This document shows, one piece after another, positions 59,192-64,000 of a stretch of DNA of 64,000 bases. Location: contig CAVXWZ010000004.1 of the NCBI GenBank assembly GCA_963765575.1, forward strand, positions 29,820 to 93,819, in the 5' to 3' direction. The notes beneath the pieces were generated by a model, which was given only the letters and a program-made list of their open reading frames with translations, was not told the origin of the DNA and ran no database searches. The position numbers were made by a program, and so were the translations under genes. Position 1 is the stretch's first letter. Each line of letters begins with the position of its first letter. This DNA is from an uncultured cyanobacterium. GTDB taxonomy: Bacteria > Cyanobacteriota > Cyanobacteriia > PCC-6307 > Cyanobiaceae.

Positions 59192-60773
59192 GTGAAGGGT
59201 GTCTGGGTGCTGGGCGACCAGCTGTCCGCCCAGCAGGCGGCCTTGGCGGCCCAGGAGCCCGGTTCCGCGCGGGTGCTGCTGCTCGAAAGTGAGACGGCCC
59301 TGCAGCAGCGGCGCTGCCATCGCCAGAAGCTGGTGCTGGTATGGAGCGCCATGCGCCACTTCGCCCAGGAGCTCACCGCCGCCGGCTGGGCGGTGGATCA
59401 TCGTGAGGTGGCCAGCTTCAGCGCCGGGCTGGCCGCCTGGATCCAGGAGCACGGCATCAAGGACTTGCACCTGATGGAGCCGGCCGAGCGTCCCTTCCGC
59501 GCGGCGATCCTGCGGGCGGTGGAGGGGCTGGGAGCGGCAGCGCCCCAGCTGGTGTGGCATCACTCCAACGCCTTTCTCTGGAGCCGCGAGGCTTTTTCAG
59601 CCTGGGCCGCTCCCTACAAGCAGCTGCGCATGGAGCTGTTCTACCGGGAGGGCCGCCGGCGTTTTGGGGTGCTGATGGATGGTTCCAGCAAGCCCCTGGG
59701 CGGCCAGTGGAACTACGACCAGGCCAACCGCAAGTCGCCGCCGAAAGGTCTGCGGGGGCCGGAGCCGCTCTGGTTCGAGCCCGATGCGATCACCAGCGCC
59801 GTGATCGCCAAGGTGCAGCAGTCCGCCGAGGCCCTGGAGGCCAGCGGCGGCCCGCGGTTGCCCGGTGATGCCCGCCAGTTCCGCTGGGCCGTGAGCCGCA
59901 ACCAGGCCCTGGCGGTGCTGGAGCACTTCATCGCCACCCGGCTGGATGGCTTCGGCCCCTACCAGGACGCGATGGTGAGCGGCGAGCCCACCCTCTGGCA
60001 TGCGCTCCTGTCTCCCTATCTGAATCTGGGACTGCTGCATCCCCTGGAGGTGATCCGGCGGCTGGAGCAGGCGGGCCTGGAGCGCGGCAGTGCCCTGGCG
60101 GGACTGGAGGGGGTGATCCGTCAGATCCTGGGCTGGCGGGAGTACACCCACGGGCTCTACTGGTGGTTTGGGCCCGACTACCCGCAGCGCAACCACTTCG
60201 GTGCCGATCGGCCGCTGCCGGCGTGGCTGGAGCAGCTGGGCGGCAGCGGCATGGCCTGCATGGACACGGTGCTGGCGGAGCTGGAGGCCAGCGGCTATGC
60301 CCACCACATTCAGCGGCTGATGGTGCTGGCCAACTACGGCCTGATCGCTGGCCTCGATCCCCAGGCCTTTACCGCCTGGTTTCCAGCGGCTGTTCATCGA
60401 CGGCTACGACTGGGTGATGCAGACCAACGTGCTGGGCATGGGCCTGTTCGCCGATGGCGGCCTGCTGGCCAGCAAGCCCTATGCGGCCAGTGGCAACTAC
60501 ATCAACCGCATGGGGACCTATTGCAAGGGCTGCCGCTACAACGTGAAAAAGCGCAGCGGGCCCGACGCCTGCCCCTTCAATGCCCTCTACTGGGATTTCC
60601 TGGCCCGCCACGCCGAGCAGTTGCGCCGCAATCCGCGCATGGCTCTGGTGATGAAGCAACTGGAGAAGCTGCCTGCTGAGGAGTTGAGGGAGATCCAGGC
60701 GACGGCGGCGCACCATCCGCCTCTGCTCAATCGGCTGGATACGCGCAACCTTGATGCCGCCCAAGCCTTCTGA
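59192..60773 (+). CDS. FeS-type cryptochrome/photolyase (PhrB/CryB-like), apparent +1 frameshift near 60382
   Basis: VLGDQL, H.QKL, GGQWNYD..NR, FGPYQDAM, YAHHIQRLMV; MAC and YCKGC...ACPF cluster ligands. Confidence 0.92.
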
Positions 60774-60789
60774 GTTTAATTCCGAACAA

Positions 60790-61425
60790 GGGATCTGCTC
60801 GACCTGCTCAAGCGCCTGAGGGCAAGACGCTGGAGTTTAAGCATGCTCTCTCTTCTGCCGATGGGGCGCTGAAAACAGCTGTGGCTTTCGCCAACACCGC
60901 CGGCGGCACTCTGTTGATCGGCGTCGACGACCGCAACCGCAACGTGCGTGGCGTTGCCGAACCGCTGGATGAAGAGGAGCGTCTCGCCAACCTCATCAGC
61001 GACCGGATCAGCCCGCGGATTGAGCCGGAGATTGAGGTCCTGCCCTGGCCACAGACGCAGGTGCTGGCGGTCCAGGTGCATCCAAGCCCGAGCCGCACCC
61101 ATTACCCGGTGCGCGAAGGCCCTAACACCGGCGTGTAGGTGCGGTGGGGCTCGACCAACCACCGCGCCGACGCCGAGTTAATCGAGGAGCTGCGGCGTTT
61201 CTCCCGGGGCCAGGGCTTCGACGAGCAGCCCATGCCGTGCTCAGCTCGGAAGCCATCAACTTCCGAGCTGCTTCCGAGACGTTCGCTCCCTTTCGTGAAT
61301 TCAGCCACCGCGATCTGGAGAGCCTGCGGCTCATTGGCGATCACCAGGGATAGAAGGTGCCGACCGTGGGCGGCATGATCCTCTTCGGCCACGCGCGCGA
61401 GCAGCACTTTGCCGATGCCTGGTGA
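60790..61425 (+). pseudogene. Decayed AlbA_2 (Schlafen-like) domain protein
   Basis: EGKTLEFK...VAFANTAGGTLLIGVDD, then TAG at 61136, frameshifts and PTVGGMILFG...W*. Confidence 0.8.
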
Positions 61426-61429
61426 GGTT

Positions 61430-61746
61430 GCCCTGGTTCCGTGGACATGGTGATTACGGGTACGGACATCAAACCGATTGAAATCGTGATGTTCATGCGG
61501 GCGGTGAAGAGCCGGCTGCTGTTCGAGCAGATGAAGGGCCGCGGGGTGCGCATCATCGACCCCAACGACCTGCGCGCCGTGAGCGGCCAGGACGCCACCG
61601 CCAAAACCCACTTCATGATCGTCGACTGCGTCGGCATCACCGAGTCCAAGCTCGCTGACACCCAGCCGCTGGAGCGCAAACGCACGGCGAGCCTCAAGGA
61701 TCTGCTGGAGCAGCGGGCGGAGGTCAGCGAGCTGGAGGAGGCGTAG
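61430..61746 (+). pseudogene. hsdR: Internal fragment of a type I restriction subunit R (helicase C-terminal part)
   Basis: VDM..TGTDIKPIEIVMFMR.VKS..LFEQMKGRGVR (helicase motifs V/VI); no 5' part. Confidence 0.75.
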
Positions 61747-62114
61747 GCGACGATTGGGAACCCAACATCCAGATGCAGAAGAAGGGTGTGAGGAGGTTTT
61801 CGGGCTGCCGGGGCGTCACTAAGCACTGCTGATCCTGGTCATTGGGTGGCTCAAGGGCTTGGGGACCATGTGCTTCAGCAGAACTCCCATCCACTGTTGA
61901 GCGGTAATCGACTTTTGGACCAACACGGGTCACAAATTCTTCGACGAGCTATCAGCCAATGTCTATATCTATGTGTTCGATCTGGCGAAGCGGGGTTCCG
62001 GGTTTCTCTGCTTACCCTTGATGAGCAATGCATCACCCATCAACAAAGAACCACCTGAGTGACATTCTTGTGCGCTATTCATGACACCACCATGCTGGAG
62101 TAGTCGCTTGATCG

Positions 62115-63749
62115 CTATGATTCAAGCCAAGGCAGTCTCAGGCCAAAGACACTGATTTGATCCATCACGATTTTATTGAGTGCACGACCTAGAACGACTT
62201 GGGGTTCGTCGGCACGAATGGGAATCACTGAATGTTGGTTGGTCGTCGATTGATTCGGCCCACTGACAATGTTGCGCCTGATCAGGGAGTTTCCTGCTTC
62301 CAGCCCACACACATAGGCTCTTTCCTGGCAAAGACCTTTGGCGCCGTGTTCTCTCTCGCCCATCCTCACCCAGTCGCCAGCACAGACAATCGTTGCGACT
62401 GAGGTCTCTAGGGGTGGTCGCTTGCTGAAACTACCGGGAGAGAAGAGAGACACAGAACCGGGATAGCGCCTCACCTCGTAATCAACAACATTCGCGTTCT
62501 TAAACTCAGGGTGTGCAATGGGAAGCAGATCATGCATCAGTCGATCAATAATCTCTTGATCATTCATCACTGCAATGGCAGATGCATTGTAAAAGTCGCT
62601 GGCAACCACGGAACCCTGCGGCTGTTCATGACCCCATAGCGCCCGCTGTGATTCTTTTTGCAGTTGATCAAGCATGAAAAATGTTCCTCCGGCGCCATTC
62701 AGCGATTCGAAGCGAGAGAAAACATTGGCTGGGTAGGCAATTGGAATATAGCGATCCAGCCACAGGCGTGCAGAGACGACATCGATTGAACCAAGCGACG
62801 CGGCCGCCACAAGCTCTGGTGCTGCATGGCCACACTCTGGAGATTGACTCATCAGCGATCTGAGCCCTTTGGCACCCACGGCTAAAACCACAGCATCGAC
62901 GTCTTCAATCACCTTGATCTCGTTTGTCCTGACGTCTTGGATTTCAACCGAGCTGATGCCCTGCGTCTCAGAAGACACATTTAACCGCGTTGCCAAGGTA
63001 CCCCCAAGGACCTGAAGATGATGGCCTGACATCAGCCTTCGACTCAGCGGTCCAAACAGATGTTCGGCAATACTCTTTGAATTAATCCAACGAACATCAA
63101 ACGAATCCTGGTGGGCCAAGGCATAGTAATAGAGGAGCTCCATGGTGACAGCAGCCGAAAGCTCTTCAGGCGGCTTAAACAAGCCAACGAGCAAGATCGG
63201 GCGCAAGAACTCCTTGATCAGTCGCTTGCTGATACCAAGTCTTACAAAGAGTGATTGGGCGCTCAGGTTGTCGTATTCCTGGAAAATCTTGTCGCTACGA
63301 TGGAGGTCCAGCATGGCATAGAGAAGTCCTGCGATACTGAGTCGATCTTGAACGGGAAGTCGCTTGAAGTTGTTGATTGTCGCAAGCACTTGGCCAAGGG
63401 GACTTGGCCAAGTGGGTTGCTCTCCAAAAACAGGCGCTGTCGCTTCCAAGCCATCGGGTGACCAGAATGCACTGGTTGTGAAGTCAGTGAAAATATTGTC
63501 GATGTCCAGCTCTGCGGTTAGGGCATTGATGTTGGGATAGTCCTTCCAAAAACCTCTGGTGCCCGCCTCGAACGGTTTGCCACTGTTGGTTGTGATGGGT
63601 TGGCTGCCGGTTGGATCGACATTTCCATCGATCAAGGTCACGCCAACGCCGGCTTCACAGAGTGACTTGGCTGCACCCCAGCCAGACCATCCGCCTCCGA
63701 GGATGACCACATGGGATTGTCTTCTCGCGGGCATCGTTTCGTCTGGCAT
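62115..63749 (-). CDS. FAD-dependent oxidoreductase (amine oxidase/carotene desaturase-like)
   Basis: VVILGGGWSGWGAA dinucleotide motif; EAGTRGFW; AGDWV...QERA; visibly lower GC than the core genes. Confidence 0.85.
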   Translation of the reverse strand: MPDETMPARRQSHVVILGGGWSGWGAAKSLCEAGVGVTLIDGNVDPTGSQPITTNSGKPFEAGTRGFWKDYPNINALTAELDIDNIFTDFTTSAFWSPDGLEATAPVFGEQPTWPSPLGQVLATINNFKRLPVQDRLSIAGLLYAMLDLHRSDKIFQEYDNLSAQSLFVRLGISKRLIKEFLRPILLVGLFKPPEELSAAVTMELLYYYALAHQDSFDVRWINSKSIAEHLFGPLSRRLMSGHHLQVLGGTLATRLNVSSETQGISSVEIQDVRTNEIKVIEDVDAVVLAVGAKGLRSLMSQSPECGHAAPELVAAASLGSIDVVSARLWLDRYIPIAYPANVFSRFESLNGAGGTFFMLDQLQKESQRALWGHEQPQGSVVASDFYNASAIAVMNDQEIIDRLMHDLLPIAHPEFKNANVVDYEVRRYPGSVSLFSPGSFSKRPPLETSVATIVCAGDWVRMGEREHGAKGLCQERAYVCGLEAGNSLIRRNIVSGPNQSTTNQHSVIPIRADEPQVVLGRALNKIVMDQISVFGLRLPWLES

Positions 63750-64000
63750 GGTTCGTTCCGGCGTCTGCCCGTCCCCTGCAAGATACTCATTCCTTCCCCC
63801 AGGCCCATCGACCAACGCTTCGCCTGATTGCAGTCAGACGACGGCAAGCATTAGTCCTTTCAGCTGATATGGGTGGCAGCAGGTCAACCCTGCCACATCC
63901 GAGAATGCGGCCAGCTCAGCCAGATCACCCGCCTAAGCCGCTTGCTTGAGAGGTTCCTCCCCCCGCTCATCCTCCGGCTGCTCCTCCCAAGGCGCCCGAT

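Noticed and set aside
63932..64000. Possible 3' end of a minus-strand gene or transposase (...RAPWEEQPEDERGEEPLKQAA*)
   Set aside because: Too short at the window edge to assign; no recognisable terminal inverted repeat
1..64000. Frequent CGATCG/GCGATCGC and GGCGCC palindromes (HIP-like)
   Set aside because: Over-representation cannot be established without counting against a composition model, and HIPs are a known cyanobacterial trait

Overview
High-GC picocyanobacterial chromosome segment, Cyanobium/Synechococcus-like as judged from gene content and order. Most of ~13.4-56.1 kb is ordinary core genome: prx, rpmB, htpG, ferredoxins, hisZ, IMPase, tRNA-Ser(GGA), pstCAB, dnaK-dnaJ, murQ, mtnP, PPIase, ribBA, argC, purN, M61 peptidase, amidase, pgi, malic enzyme, leuS, hfq, dapF, cysteine desulfurase, dacB, coaD and uvrC. 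Two accessory regions flank it. (1) ~3.0-13.4 kb is a dense cluster of predicted secreted, lipo- and membrane proteins: META domain, SH3b lipoproteins in three copies, a TPR-like repeat protein, Pmp3, a divergent MlaE/MlaD pair and small Cys-pair domains. It appears to be two diverged versions of one locus fused head to tail at a 14-bp microhomology (10398-10411). This is the best candidate here for an undescribed system, but its function is inference only. (2) ~56.1-64 kb carries a SHOCT protein with Met/Gln-rich repeats, a phytase-like esterase, an FeS-type (PhrB/CryB-like) photolyase, decayed AlbA_2 and type I HsdR fragments, and a lower-GC FAD oxidoreductase. leuS, the M61 peptidase and the photolyase carry frameshifts, mostly single-base insertions, that look like sequencing errors; one creates a false M61-amidase fusion. 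No CRISPR array, rRNA, integrase or intact transposase was seen. All family calls are by motif recognition without database searches.
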